Source: the human T2T-CHM13v2.0 reference genome, Homo sapiens. Taken from it: a stretch of 64,000 nt of DNA. The notes under the pieces are model-generated. The model made no database searches. It was not told the origin of the DNA and was given only the letters and a program-made list of their open reading frames with translations. The stretch lies in NCBI RefSeq assembly GCF_009914755.1, contig NC_060939.1. One strand, written 5' to 3'. The position numbers were made by a program, and so were the translations under genes. Of this stretch, positions 1 to 14,500 are shown piece by piece (the stretch's first letter is position 1; the number at the start of each line of letters is the position of its first letter).

Positions 1-1
1 G

Positions 2-4
2 ACC

Positions 5-49
<45 letters not shown>
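2..49 (+). repeat. Compound trinucleotide microsatellite (CAC)n(CAT)n
   Basis: Directly visible: about 6 CAC followed by about 10 CAT at the window edge. Confidence 0.95.
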
Positions 50-439
50 TTCTACTGTTAAAGTTGGGACTATTCAATTATTTTTAAACCAGTCATGCTT
101 ATCTTTTAAATATGGTGCTAGTGAAACTATTTGAAATGATCAGGGTAAGATGGTAAGGTTATTGAGTGCAGCTTTTCTTGACCTAACTGGTTCTAAAAGT
201 CTATTGAAATTCTTTTCCAGACACATACACACACACACAAACGCATACACACTAACACACTTTTTTTTCTCCTAATAGCTATATTCTTCAAAAAAATCAA
301 ACATTTCCCCAAACAGTAGCCTAAAGAGGGAGGTTACCCTGATCTCTTCTGATTCCCTAGTAAATGAGAAAAGAATCAAAAGGTATTGGCTCCCCAAGGG
401 AGCAGGGAGCTGACTATTGACTGGGCCATTTTAAAGTTA

Positions 440-790
440 GGTTTTTATTCTGGCTTTATTGAGGTATAATTGACAAAATGTGTATGTATTTAAGGTGTAC
501 AATATGATAATTTGATATGTATACATTGTGAAATGATTCTATAATTAAGCTACTTAACACATCTATCACCTAATATTCCAATTTTAAAAAAATATAAGAA
601 TACTTAGTATCTACTTCCATAACAAATTTCAAGTATACAATACAGTATTATTGGTAATAACTATGACTATATTCGCTATGCTGTACATTAGAGTCCCAGA
701 ACTCATTCATCTTGCAACTGAAAGTCTGTCCACTTTGACCAACACTTCTCCATACACTGCCCCCCACCCCATCCCCAACTGTCCCCCACA
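440..790 (-). mobile_element. Old L1M (L1MA/L1MB-type) 3' end fragment
   Basis: 'tttattgaggtataattgacaaaa...ttaaggtgtacaatatgat...catcttgcaactgaaagtctgt' matches the reverse complement of L1MA/MB 3' UTRs. Confidence 0.8.
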
Positions 791-869
791 CCATGCTCAC
801 TTCCTCTTGAGGGTTTTGTGCTTATCTCTACTGGCTGGACGTTCTTCCAATGTGTTTCCATATAGTAAC

Positions 870-1140
870 CTCATTTTCATCCTTAAAGACTCAGATTAAT
901 GTCACATCTCAGAGAAGCATTCTCTGATTATATTAACACCATCAGTATTCTGTGCACTATATCCTGTTACACTATTGCACTTATTTATGTATATGTTTAT
1001 TATCTGCCTATGTCCACTGGAATATAAGCTCTTTGAGGTCAAAGAATTTGATTATTGTGTATCCTTAATGCCTAATAGACAGCATCTCATAACAAGTGCT
1101 CTGCAAGAATTGCAAGAATCTGTTGACTCTCTGAATAAAT
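870..1140 (+). mobile_element. L2 3' fragment
   Basis: 'aagactcagattaatgtcacatctc...ccactggaatataagctctttgagg...cctaatagacagcat...gaataaat' resembles the L2 3' end. Confidence 0.6.
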
Positions 1141-1258
1141 CTAAATTGTTATAAACACATCATTTTCCTCTTTGTCTCAAATCGCTTCCTTCAAACCACT
1201 TTCCTTGCAAATTAAACTTCTTGAAAATCAACTTCTTGTGTTCAAAAGCATGCAGTAG

Positions 1259-1642
<384 letters not shown>

Positions 1643-2936
1643 CAGTCTCTCTGCTTCTGAGATGGTTCCTTTTTAGTTTCTTATCTTGGCTATTGTCCTT
1701 CCCATGAGAAAGTCTCACCCAGTTCTGCATGGTTCAAGTCCCATCTCCCCAACAGATAACTACCCCACCCTAGAGAAAGCTCTTCGTTTTCTGCCATATG
1801 TATATTTTATTTTATATTGTCATCAGATTAGTATAACATATATCCTATTTCATCTTTGTGTAGAAAATCTCCAGAAAGTCAAGCCTGAATCCTACTATTA
1901 AAATACCCCCTCGATCTTCAATCATATTATTCCGCAAATAGTACATCTATTTAATTCAAAATTAATGAGGGACTAGAATGATACCCTATGGATTTAATAA
2001 GGAATTATAATTTTTTTAGTATTAAAATATAGTAAGCAGTTTATGTTATTAACAATAATGTGTCCCCAGACTTATTCCAGGATTGCAGACATAAGTGTTT
2101 AGGATAGCCATACGAGTTATAAAAATTGGAGAAGAGGGCCTGATGTATGAATATCAGACACAGAGGAATATTCTGTACTTAAAGAATTAAACATGTTCTT
2201 TATTTTTCTTGAAACATATGGGCTTTTCAGATTATCTTTTCTTTTAGCTTTACTAGCCATGGTGACAGAGAAATGTTTATTTACTGTAAACAATAGTAAA
2301 AGCAAGAGTAATGACAAATAGCGACTGCTGTTTGGACTCATTGTTAGGAAACCAGTGAGATATGGTGGGGATTATGAATCACTGTAGCTACACAATTCCT
2401 CCAAGGAGGGCAACAGTAGGATGCTCAGGGGATATTGCAGTATAAAAATAGAGGCCCAGTGTTCATCAAACTTCTATTTTTTTTTCACTGTGGGCCAAAA
2501 ATGCATTATCTTCCACTTTAAATCATCCAACTTTTAAAGACTCAGATCAATGTCCCATCTCAGAGAGTTCAACAGATCTGGGTCCCAAATCTGCAATCTT
2601 GATTGTGTACATTTGCAATACTGACTCATAAAATGTACTATGTTGTTAATCAATTGAGCTACAGGAATAGGCACTTCATGCTCCCTGTTTTATCTTCTTT
2701 TTCCATAAGGGTTTAACGTACATTCATTTTTTTTCCCTCCTTTTCAACATTAGTCTTGATAAATTACCAAAAGATGAATTTAAAAGTTTGGTATGTATTT
2801 TCTCATAACAAAAGTAACATACATCTCTAAAAATGTGGAAAATACTCAAAAACACATATAAAGTATAATAATAATTATTCTATACACATGATTTTTATTC
2901 ATTTTCTTCTATATTTAATTTATTATATTCGATTAA

Positions 2937-3335
<399 letters not shown>

Positions 3336-5039
3336 GATAGATCTCTATTACTTGGATGTGCCATAATTTATTTAGTCCCTCCTCTATCTATAGACAATTA
3401 GGTTGCTTCCAGGATTTTTCCTTATAATGAATAATGTTGAAATTAACATTTTTGTATATAAACTCTGTCTTTATTGTAAATTGTTTTATGAGAAATAGTC
3501 AATGGAGTCAAACATATGAATATTTTTGAGGCCAAATTGATTTCCAAAAACATTTTGCCAATTTATAATGCCATCAGAAATTTGAGAGTGTATGTTTACT
3601 GCACCCAAGACATTTGGATATTCTCATGAATGAAAGTTTAAAGGTAATTGATTATTTCATGTTTTCACTCCTCTCTTCAAGTCTCTCTTATCTCTGACTT
3701 ATCTCAGCAGACCACTTTTTTTATTTATGGTGAAAATTGAGGATTCCTATCCCTCTATCTACAAAATTAAGTTATTACCCATTTCCATTTTCCTCAATGG
3801 AAGAAATGACCTTTATCCTAAGACTAATACCACCACATGTGCATTAGTTTTCACCTCTCCATATATCCTTTAAGATCATGTTCTCTCAGGCATACTTTTT
3901 TTCTTCAATATTTTCAATATATCCTACTCTTTTGGTTCTTTCCTCATAGCGTATAATAATACTTAAATTTGTTTCATAAAAAATCCTTTCCTCATCCTAG
4001 TTTTCCCTTCTAGTCCAAATGGGCTCTTTTTAGGAACCATTCTCCTTGTCCTCTATGATCCTTTAATACTCCCTAACCCTAATCCCACCTAGGTATACCT
4101 TCCTAGATACAGGAGACAGACAGATTGAAGGAGGTTGCAGCCAAATTTCTGCCTCAACAGAGCTGGCAGTTGAGGCCAAGATCTGGCAGTAGTGGAAGAG
4201 AAAGAAGACTGATATGGTCAGTAAGTGTACTGAAAAAAGGAATAACCTATCAGTTAGTGATTGCAGAACATAAGGACTTAACATAAATAGTTTAAAGCAG
4301 CAGAAAACAAACATGGTAGTAGAAGGAGTAATTAGGGAGAGAAGAAAACACCTGTAATGACGGATGGGAACTATAAAATATTGAGACTAGCAAGTCTGCT
4401 TTATTCAATAACTTATTTTATTAACTCATATTAAACACTTTCTACATGCAAGGCAGTGGGAATATAGTGCATAAGGGGGTATATAATTCATTGTCAATAC
4501 CGACAGAAGCAAAAAATTTGGAATGATAGAAGCCAATACAGAAACAGATTGGTAAGGGGTCTTCAGAAGGTTTAGGGGGCTCAAAATGCTTGGTGAGTAC
4601 TACATCAAATGGATTCTGATATCAACAATAGCAAAAAGGCCAGTGAAATTAATTTTGCAATAATACAAGGTATGAAGGCAGAAAATAATGGCAAAAGAAT
4701 GGGTGATAGACCAGGTGGAGGAAAAATTGAGAAGTAGAAGCTTCAAAGGGTTGGTAGGGACAGTGGTGGGGCTGGAATGCTGGGACATAGTTTCTGATGA
4801 AAGCAACTTTGGAAGATGCCAGTGATGATCATACAGTCAATTTGGATTTTGATCCTGTTTGAAATAAAGACAAGATAATGCCAATGTAATTATTTGCTTG
4901 TCTAAAACATATTCTCCAACACAGAGGATAAAATAGTCATTAAAAATTCAAATACATTATGGTGACATATAGATATTTGTCTCCATATTGGAACTGCAAA
5001 GCTAATGCAGACTGCATAACATCAGATCATCTCAGATTT

Positions 5040-5530
5040 CAAGATTGGCTTGATCCCAGAAGATGTAACATATTACAATTTCCTGGTGTAAATAAAAGGG
5101 CTCAGACATATTGATCGACATAACATGATTCCTTGATGGAGCCTATCAAAATAAATCAGAAGCACATCCATCAAATGTCATTTGAAATATTTCAGGGTTT
5201 AATCTCTCAAGAGAAAATGATTTCCATTCTAATTAAGTTTCCTGAATTTGAAATCCAACCAGAGCAACACAAATCCAATCAAAGCCCTCTTCACTAATTT
5301 AAGATTGTGACAATATCTCCATGTGGAACTGGATGGCCACAAGGCCAATTAGATCATTTTGTCCTTTTTCACTACCATTGCCCTCAGCCAAATCAACAGA
5401 GCGAGAATTCCCATAATCTCCAAGGTGTTCACAATGATCAGATCAGTGACACGACTGTTCAAGACCTACTCTGACAATGTTCTGAAGCCTGAAAGTAGGA
5501 TAAGGAAAGCAGGCAGTAGACAGTATCTTC
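5040..5530 (+). mobile_element. Possible ancient RTE-clade LINE relic (MamRTE1/L4-like), C-terminal to RT
   Basis: Frameshifted translation gives VTYYNFL, FHYHC-LSQI and RLFKTYSDNVLKPESRIRKAG, resembling RTE motifs V..F.YLG, FH.RCLR.I and RLPK..LYGEL..G.R..G in the expected order. Confidence 0.35.
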
Positions 5531-6539
5531 TCGGAAAATTGGAGGTCGAAGGGTTGTGTTCAAGTCTAGGTTGGACAAAAAGCCATATGTATAACCTAAT
5601 TTGCTGTGAATGAGAAGTTACTTAATGACTGAAAAAATTTCTGACAGCTACATTGGTGTTGTGGAATAGTGAATATAAAGGAAGATATTGAAATTTCCAT
5701 CTGAGATAGAGAGCAATTAGTATTTAGATCTTGGAAGAATATTAAAAGGAATTATGATATGAAGTACAGTGACATTGTGCAGGGACATAGAAGGTCAAAA
5801 AACTTGAACTTCAGTGGCTCTTTAATATGAATATCACACACACCTAATAATTTTTAATTGGTTGGCTGGCTTATTGATTGACTAGTTTACCTGGCCAAAT
5901 GCAAGGCTTAGAATTATGATTTTTAATCTTGTTGGATGTTCAATAAGGAAACTCTTTGGTTGGGGAAAACTGAACCTTCCTGCTGAGATGGTAGACTCTC
6001 TTGGTTCAGTTTCCATTTCAGAATAGTACCATATTTATCAAATAATTTCTTTAAGTAGCATTTGAGGAATTTATGGGATTTTAACTTTACTCATTTGTTA
6101 CTCAAGTGATAAAACATTTGTTATATCCAAAATAATTTATATACATAAATGTACATTATAAAGCATACTAATTTGTAATACAAATATTATAAAGAAAAAA
6201 TAAATCTCATTTACATTTCTATCTATATGCACTGCGCCCTTGCCCTGTACAAATAGAAGATATCATCATAAAAATAATTTCATTAAAAATGAAAAAAACC
6301 ATTGTTTTAGTGTTTGCCGAAGTAACTCTTTTCTGTTTGCCTCCAGGTCATGAGGGATATCATCATATTACTTTCACAAAGTAATATTCTATTTTGGAAA
6401 ATTCCAAACATACAAAGTACGATATTCTGAACCTTATAGGAAAACCTTAAAATGTTGACATCTCAAGCTTTGTTTCTTGAATAAAATGTTATTTTCATCA
6501 ACCTCAAATCAGATCATTGAGAAAAGACTCCACGTTTTC

Positions 6540-6755
6540 ATGGGCATGAGCATACATTTTGGAATCAGCTTCTGTGTTTATACCCTGGCTCTACCATTAA
6601 TTAGTTATGATACCTTGGGCAAGTTACTTAGCCTTTATGATGCCTCATTTTATTCATCTGAAGAATAGTTATAATATTAGTTCCAACCTAGAGATGTTGT
6701 GGATTGATGAGACAAGTGAATAAGAACTGTAACAGTACATAGTAAGTGTTGGATA
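6540..6755 (+). mobile_element. MIR
   Basis: 'ccctggctctaccattaattagttatgataccttgggcaagttacttagcctt...cctcatt...catctg' is the MIR core. Confidence 0.8.
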
Positions 6756-6914
6756 TGTTTTTTAAATCTCTCTAAGGAAAATAGACATTCCAAGGGCCTT
6801 GGAATTGAGGCATGCATAGACAGAAAATCACAAGCAGATATGACTTATATTTGTGGGACAATGAATGCATAACACACGAAACTCTGCTTAAGTTTAGGTT
6901 TTAAAATATAGAAG

Positions 6915-7198
6915 GCATGTAGTGTAACTATTACGGAAAACAGTATGAAGGTTCCTAAAAAAATTAAAAGCAGAACTACCATATGATCCAGCAATCCCAC
7001 TACAGGTATAGTCAAAGGAAATGAAAACAGTATCTCACAGAGCTATCTCTACTCTCATGTTCATTGCAGTGTTATTCACGATAGCCAAGATATAGAAACA
7101 ATCTAAGTGTCTTAAGTGTCCTTTGGCAGATGAATGTATAAGATTTCATCTTTATATATATATTACATCATATATATTACATTTATATTATATTACTT

Positions 7199-7244
<46 letters not shown>

Positions 7245-7700
7245 GGAATATTGTTTGGTCTAAAAATAAAGAAAATCCTGAACATGAATGAACCTGGAAG
7301 ACATTACGCCAAATGAGATAAGCCAGGCAAAGAAAGACAAATACTGCATGGTCTCATTCATATGTAGAATCTAAAAAAATATAACTCATAAAATCAGGGA
7401 GTAGAATGGTGGTTGTCAGAGACTGGGGGTTGGGGGAAGTGGGGAGATGTTGGTCAAAGAGTACAAAAAGTTTTAGTTGTGTAGGATGAGTAAGTTCTGG
7501 AGCTCTAATGTCCAGTAAGGTGACTATAGCTTACTGCATTCTACACTTGAAATTTGCTGAGGGTGGATCTTAAATGTTCTCACCACACACACAAAGGTAA
7601 CTATGTGAGGTGATGGATATATTAATTAACTTGACTTTGGTGATTATTTCACAACATATATGTATCTCAAAACATCACTTCATATATCTTAAAAAAATAG
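6915..7700 (+). mobile_element. L1MA/L1MB-type 3' end with embedded (TA)n/(CA)n
   Basis: 'gaactaccatatgatccagcaatcccact...agccaggcaaagaaagacaaatactgcatg...ggtaactatgtgaggtgatggatat'. Confidence 0.88.
7203..7242 (+). repeat. (CA)n microsatellite
   Basis: About 20 perfect CA units. Confidence 0.95.
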
Positions 7701-7861
7701 AGGGCAGGTCCCTACTTTTATCATACTAAGCAGATTGAAATAACAGACACTGTAATACAAATTTAGAGAATATGTAAATATCTATCATCCCAAGCTCTTG
7801 CCAGGATGAGGTGTTTAAAGACTAAGGGAACCCTGGGAGTCCATTAAAAGTCTCTGCAATA

Positions 7862-8134
<273 letters not shown>

Positions 8135-8509
8135 GAAGTCTCTGTAATTGAGTTATATGAATATCCCAACTACTGCACTAGGTCTGGCAATCCAACATGG
8201 ACTATTTGCATTCCTGCCTGTGATTTCCACAAAATTATGACACTCAGCATCCACTTTAACAATATGTGCATAGGTAGCATCTGAGGAATCTGTCTAGCAA
8301 CTATTCTTCTTTTCTTCTAATAAATGGCCCCTGTCTCCCTTTTTGCATGGCATAGAGATGGAACTGTCAGTCAGGATGTCCCATCTTTCCTAGCCAAGGG
8401 ATCAGCCAGGACAATTGAATTTTCCCTTCAGGAATTGAATCTTGAGTGGAGTGACTCAAGGGCTAAAATGGTTGTTGTCAATTCTTTCAGATGGCCATAC
8501 CCAGTACCC

Positions 8510-8881
8510 TGTATTAGTCCATTCTCACACTGCTATAAAGATACTACCCGAGATTGGGTAATTTATAAAGCAAAGAGGTTTAAATGACTCACAATTCCAC
8601 TTGGTTGGGGAGGTCCTCAAGAAACTTATAATCATGGTGGAAGGCGAAGGGGAAGCAAGGACCTTCTTCACATGGTGGCAGGAGAGAAGAGTGAAGGAAG
8701 AACTTCCAAACACTTATTAAAACATCATGTCTCGTGAGAACTCACTCACGATCATGATAACAGCATGGGGGAACCACCCTCATAATCCAACCACCCCCCT
8801 CTCTCGACACGTGGGGAGTATAGCATGAGGATTATAATTCAAGATGAGAGTTGGGTGGGGACACAGATCCAAACCATATCA
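8510..8881 (-). mobile_element. MaLR solo LTR (MSTA/THE1D-like)
   Basis: Starts 'tgtattagtccattctcacactgctataaag' and ends 'ccaaaccatatca', the reverse complement of MST/THE1 LTRs. Confidence 0.9.
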
Positions 8882-9279
8882 ACACAGAAGAGATTGTTTT
8901 TGTTTGTTTGGTTGATTTTTTGCAACTGAGAACCCTAGTGCTATTCTGCTTTCTGCTTCTTCCAAAGCCTGTTTCTGAACTTTTTCTTTGGGTGTATGAA
9001 CTACCAAACATCCTTATGATAATGTTATTATTTTTAACTTAGAATATATTTCTGTTTTATGCAAACAACACCAAATATCAAGAGGTATTAATATAGTGAA
9101 GTTCACTTCATGGTTTTCCCTATTTTCTTTGATGGTTGATGTAAATTCTTAAAACACAATGTACCAAAAAGAAAGGATATATTTAATTTTTGAAATAAAT
9201 ATTTTTAATACAAGTAAATATTTGTAATAGAAGATCAGCACTGAGCAGACTAATAGAATAGATGATGTATGATATAGCG

Positions 9280-9510
9280 GAGAAAGCCAGATGGGAAGAG
9301 CTCTTCTTCAAATTTGCCCCAGGAATTGAGTATTCCTCTTATATTTTCTTGTTAAGGACCTTGATCAAGTCACTTAACCTCTCTTTTGGAGTCAGTTTCC
9401 TCATATGTAATGTGGAGATAATAATGCTATTATTAAAAAGTTCCTATAGTTACTGACTGAGATGATGCATATGAAAGTGTCTGGCATATAACTTATGAAC
9501 TTTATAAATA
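9280..9510 (+). mobile_element. MIR
   Basis: 'gaccttgatcaagtcacttaacctctc...tcagtttcctcatatgtaatgtggagataataat'. Confidence 0.75.
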
Positions 9511-10282
9511 AAAGTCATTTATTATTATCTAAAGAATTATTCAGGTATTTCTCCTTTAGCAGAGAGCAAGGTCTCTATCTATCTTCATTGCTACTATATC
9601 TCTAGTTCCAAGCACAATGCTTAACATAAATGATGCTACTTAAATATTTGTTGAATAAATGAGTAAAATAAATAAAAGCAAAATAATAAACAGAGCCATT
9701 TTGGAGATTACATCACCCTTGATATTTAATTTGTTTCTGGTTTTATTCTAGTTAGAATTTAGAAATTACTAATTTTCATAGATAATATTTTAAATACATG
9801 TATCTTGAAGTTTTAGGATTTACTGCAATTACTGAGTAGTTAGAAAGAGGGGCAGTGGGAAAATTATCCTTTAGCTGTTGAATATTCTACCACTTGTTAG
9901 CATTTCTTATAAATGTCAACGTAAGAGGAGAATAGGGGCTTAGAAATATTGTCCCTGTTCAGTGTTAGGTGCCCACTCATTGTCCACAGCATATCAGAAA
10001 CATGCATGTGTCCTTATCATTTAAAGGGTGCTCCTTTTTTTGTCCTACTTTTCTTGTTTGTCCTATTTTTACCCTAGCAAACTTACAGAGACTTGCATTT
10101 TAGAAGAAAGACTTAGGGAATACTGTAAAGTTTCTAAGTAATGGCATATATACAAGTTCACATACACTCTTAGACTTAATAGTAGTTACATTATTCCAGG
10201 GCTTACACACACAAAAATGAAATGGTCAGGCTAGCAGGATACAACCCTTTGGGGAGTATACATTATGTTAAAAATGTAGTAT

Positions 10283-10590
<308 letters not shown>

Positions 10591-11285
10591 CTAAATATTT
10601 GGTTTTATACATTTTTTCAAATATTGCTGTTTTAGAATACTTAATTATATTTAGCATTAGTTGAGTGTTATGGCACAAATGATACATGCTAATTTAGGTC
10701 ACATTAACAAAATTATAAGAATGTTACAGATGATTTTATTGTTAACATAAACATTATTAATCATTGGTTCAACATATCTATAAACACATTTGTATATGTG
10801 GTTTGTTTATATATATGCACTATATAGTGGTATAAATAATATTGTTTTATCAAAAACTTATATGCATAATAAAAATCCAAGTGATAAAAGTATATTCAAT
10901 GTAAACTAAGTTTCCCTCCAAAGGCAGACTACCAAGACCCACTTCCTGAGTGCCAAAGTCCTACTCTTCAGAGAAAATCGCCATCGCTACTTTTCTCCTT
11001 ATTCTTGCAGAAATGCCCAACATATATGAGTTATTTATGTGTATCACTTTTTAAAATTCAATATCAGAGCACTTTTCTGCACTGTGCTTTTTTTTAACCA
11101 TTTTATCATGGAGATTTTATTCCATATCAGCACATATTAAATGATATATCTAACAATGAAATATGAATCAAAATGTAGTGTAACCCCTGAAGCACCAAGA
11201 CATGATTCTCCTGCTGATAGAATCCTACTTCACATTTTAGGGATGAGGAGACAGGCTCAAGAAGGTAATGTGAAAATGAAACAGT

Positions 11286-11540
<255 letters not shown>

Positions 11541-12110
11541 TTAAGCTAATTTATCCAAAACCCTTATTTCCCTCACTTCTTTTTAATTCTTTCTTTGAAC
11601 TATTGCGTTTCATGTTGAGTTTATCCATCAATATATTGCACCTGTCAGTCAAGTGGACATATTTTTTAAGAACACATTGTACAGGGAACCACTTGAGCAC
11701 TGAATGCAGAGGAAGCAGTGTTACCTCGGTTTTGCTGGAAGTAGGCTTCTTGGATAGTTTTCTTTCTTTGATGAAGTTTCTGTATTTTCATGTTTTAAGT
11801 GGAAATACTTTTTTTTTTTTTTTAATTTGCCTTGGAGCCAATGTATTTGTTCCTGGTGGTAGGGAAACTGTGCCTGCGGGCCACAGGACTTAAAGGAAAA
11901 CTGTGGTATGGAGCTCTGCTTGAATTAAAAACTTTTTTTTTTTCTTTGAGTATCCTTAGCTACTTATCTGGCAAGTGCAGGACCCAGGTGTTGGCCTGAA
12001 CTCTGCCAAACATATGTAACACTTAAATGTGTGCAGTTTCCCTTCTTGCTACATCCATGTTGTCACTTAACCCCCAGGAGGTTTTTATTATCTTTTTGTT
12101 AATGTCAGGC

Positions 12111-12711
12111 TGTGAGGTACGTGGATGTGATTTGGTCAAGGAATAGGCCTGGGCAGATACCCAGGCCTGCATGACTCACTGAGTTTGGCATGCAAGCACA
12201 CACCTCCACTTATTATATAACCTGTTTGTGTAAGTTCATATTTGGCTTTGAGCCACTATTGCTGTAAAAGGTATAACTGCCCTGTTGACACTGTGCACAA
12301 GAGACATGGCTCTTGGGGCTCGGCTCAGCTCAACATGGCTTGACATGGTGGGTGCGCTGGCGCCCAGAGAAAGAGAGAGTCAGAGCTTTCCATCTTTGCA
12401 GACAGAGGGGAGCCAGGATACAGCTCGGCTTGATCGTGCCCAGAGAAAGAGTTAAGCTGCTGACCCTAAAGCCAAGGGAGAGCAGGCCGTGCAGTTGCAG
12501 GTGTGGGGGCAGCAGGAGCCACAGAGCCAAAGCAGACAGCCGAGATACGGGCGAACAGTGTAGAGAGCTAGTGTGAGAAAGCTGTTGATGAGAGCTGCTG
12601 CTGAATAAAATCATTTTTCACCTGCCTACGGCCCCCCGAGTGTTCTTTCTGCTTACCCACCCACTCCCTCCAGACCTCAACATGACCTTTGGCGTAGTCA
12701 TGTACCTGACA
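12111..12711 (+). mobile_element. 5' LTR (601 bp, TG...CA)
   Basis: tgtgaggtac...cctgaca with AATAAA at 12604. About 11% substitutions versus the 3' LTR by manual alignment. Confidence 0.93.
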
Positions 12712-12712
12712 A

Positions 12713-12730
12713 TTGCGACGTTGGCAGGAT
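12713..12730 (+). promoter_or_regulatory. Primer-binding site, tRNA-Ser type (degenerate)
   Basis: ttgcgacgttggcaggat matches TGGCGTAGTCGGCAGGAT (complement of the tRNA-Ser(AGA) 3' end) at 14/18 positions, 1 nt after the LTR. Confidence 0.75.
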
Positions 12731-14126
12731 GAAGTGAGTAGGTCTTTGGCCCCTGAGGGCTCCCGGGTCAGCTATGTGGCTGCAGCACGGGCTGTACCCA
12801 GGGGCAGCGGTGCTGCTTGGATGAGCCCCAGTGGAAACGCGGGAGGCAGTGGAGAGGTCTCCTGCAAGTGTGCGAGCACACAGCACCAAGAAGGAATGCA
12901 CCTTTGCTGGCAGCGTCGGATGGGCGTTTCTGACAGCACTGCAGGAAGTACATGCTCAGTTCCACAGGTAAGGGACCTCCCAGGACAAGCTGAGCACCTG
13001 GGGGCCCAAGTGCACAGCTTGGAGCAGGACCTGGGGGTGGGGGACCTCCAGGTGCAAGCAGGGCACTTAGAGGCCCAGATAAATAGCCAGGAACAGGATT
13101 TAGCAACAGCTGTCAGCCCGGCCTTGAGCCCATCCTCCTGGCGGGACACTCCGATTCAGTCTGATGCTGAGGAGGAGGTTCCTCCACTGCTGGATCACCC
13201 TGTGATCCATCAGAAGGTAGAACATGAGCAGCCAATGGGACCGCAGGGGAGATCCCAGGACCCCTCACAGTGGTGGCACATACCTCTTATAGTGCTTATA
13301 CCCCCACTGATTTGAGGGAAGTAGGTAAACAGTCTGGCAGCGTCTGAAGGAGCTGATAGCATTTCTTGCTCCGCCTCTGAGATGGAGAATCTGGCTTCTA
13401 TCACAACTCACCCTTCCCTTCATCGGCGGCTGCAGCTGTGCCAACGGTTAACACAAGGGCAAAGTGACTACATGTAAATCAAGTGGCTGACGGCAGCCAT
13501 ACGGACTGTTTGGAATGATGCCACAGAGACCCCAGAAACTGTGAGTAAATGGCAATCATATACTGATTTGGTGCAGGTGCTCCGGGAGACGGATATGCAA
13601 TATGCAGCAGGCTGTTTGATCGGAATATCTGGGGCCAGATGATGAACGCTTTACCTCCCCTATGAGGGATCTTGTGCTGAGTTCAGCACCCCCGGATGCT
13701 TTGGCCCTCTAGCTGCTGTTCTCACCCCGTATGTAGGACACCGCATACACAAAGTGACTATTGCTATGGCAGCCCTTGGGGAGGCAGAAGGCCATTGGCG
13801 GGACCTGGGAGTCCACGCCGTAAAGAAATGGAAGGTGCACCCTTCACAAGTAACCATCCACGAGATTAAAAGGGGCCCAGGCGGGTGACCCACATGCGGA
13901 TGTGGATTGATTTACTTGCAGCTGGGGTTGCTAGAGAGAAAATTGACAGGCAACCCAATGGAATGCTGTTGGCTCTGTGGAGGCAATCGTCCCCAGAGCT
14001 GCAATTCTGAAGAATGCCCAAGGAGGGGCAAGACAATGTTGTTCAACCCAGCCCCACCTGGAAACTTTTCAGCTCAAGGACTATTTGCAGATGGGAGAAG
14101 ACATTAGGCCTTTCCTGTTTGATTAG
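12728..14126 (+). pseudogene. Degenerate ERV gag (frameshifts and stops)
   Basis: Lies between PBS and protease. Coiled-coil-like segment, proline/acidic linker (SDAEEEVPPL), ends ...RPFLFD* at TAG 14124-14126. Confidence 0.6.
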
Positions 14127-14500
14127 GGAACTGGCTGAGGTGCCCAACTCGGGGGAACTGGACAACTGGAGGCTATATGTGGAGCTGGCAATCCTCTGGT
14201 CCCCTACTAATGTACAGCGGGCCCTAGCACTGGTAGACACTGGTGCAGACTGCAGTCTAGTTTATGGGAACCTGGATAAGTTTCTGGGAAAAGCTGCATT
14301 CATTGACAGTTATGGGGGCCAATCTGTGATGGTGAATCTATATTGGCATTGGCTACTCTGCTACCCACCTGTACACTCTGTATGTTTCTCCTATACATGA
14401 ATATATTCTGGGGGTGGACATTTTGCATGATCTGGACTTACACACCACAGCCAGAGAATTTGGAATCCTGGTTCGTGTAGTAAAGCCAGTACTCCATACA
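14127..14500 (+). pseudogene. Degenerate retroviral aspartic protease
   Basis: ALALVDTGADCSLVYG (DTGA at 14236-14247) and a downstream ILG(V)DIL-like motif near 14405. Confidence 0.85.

Noticed and set aside
12713-13315. 200-aa ORF, the longest in the track
   Set aside because: Starts at TTG inside the PBS and is a frameshifted ERV gag relic. No evidence of domestication.
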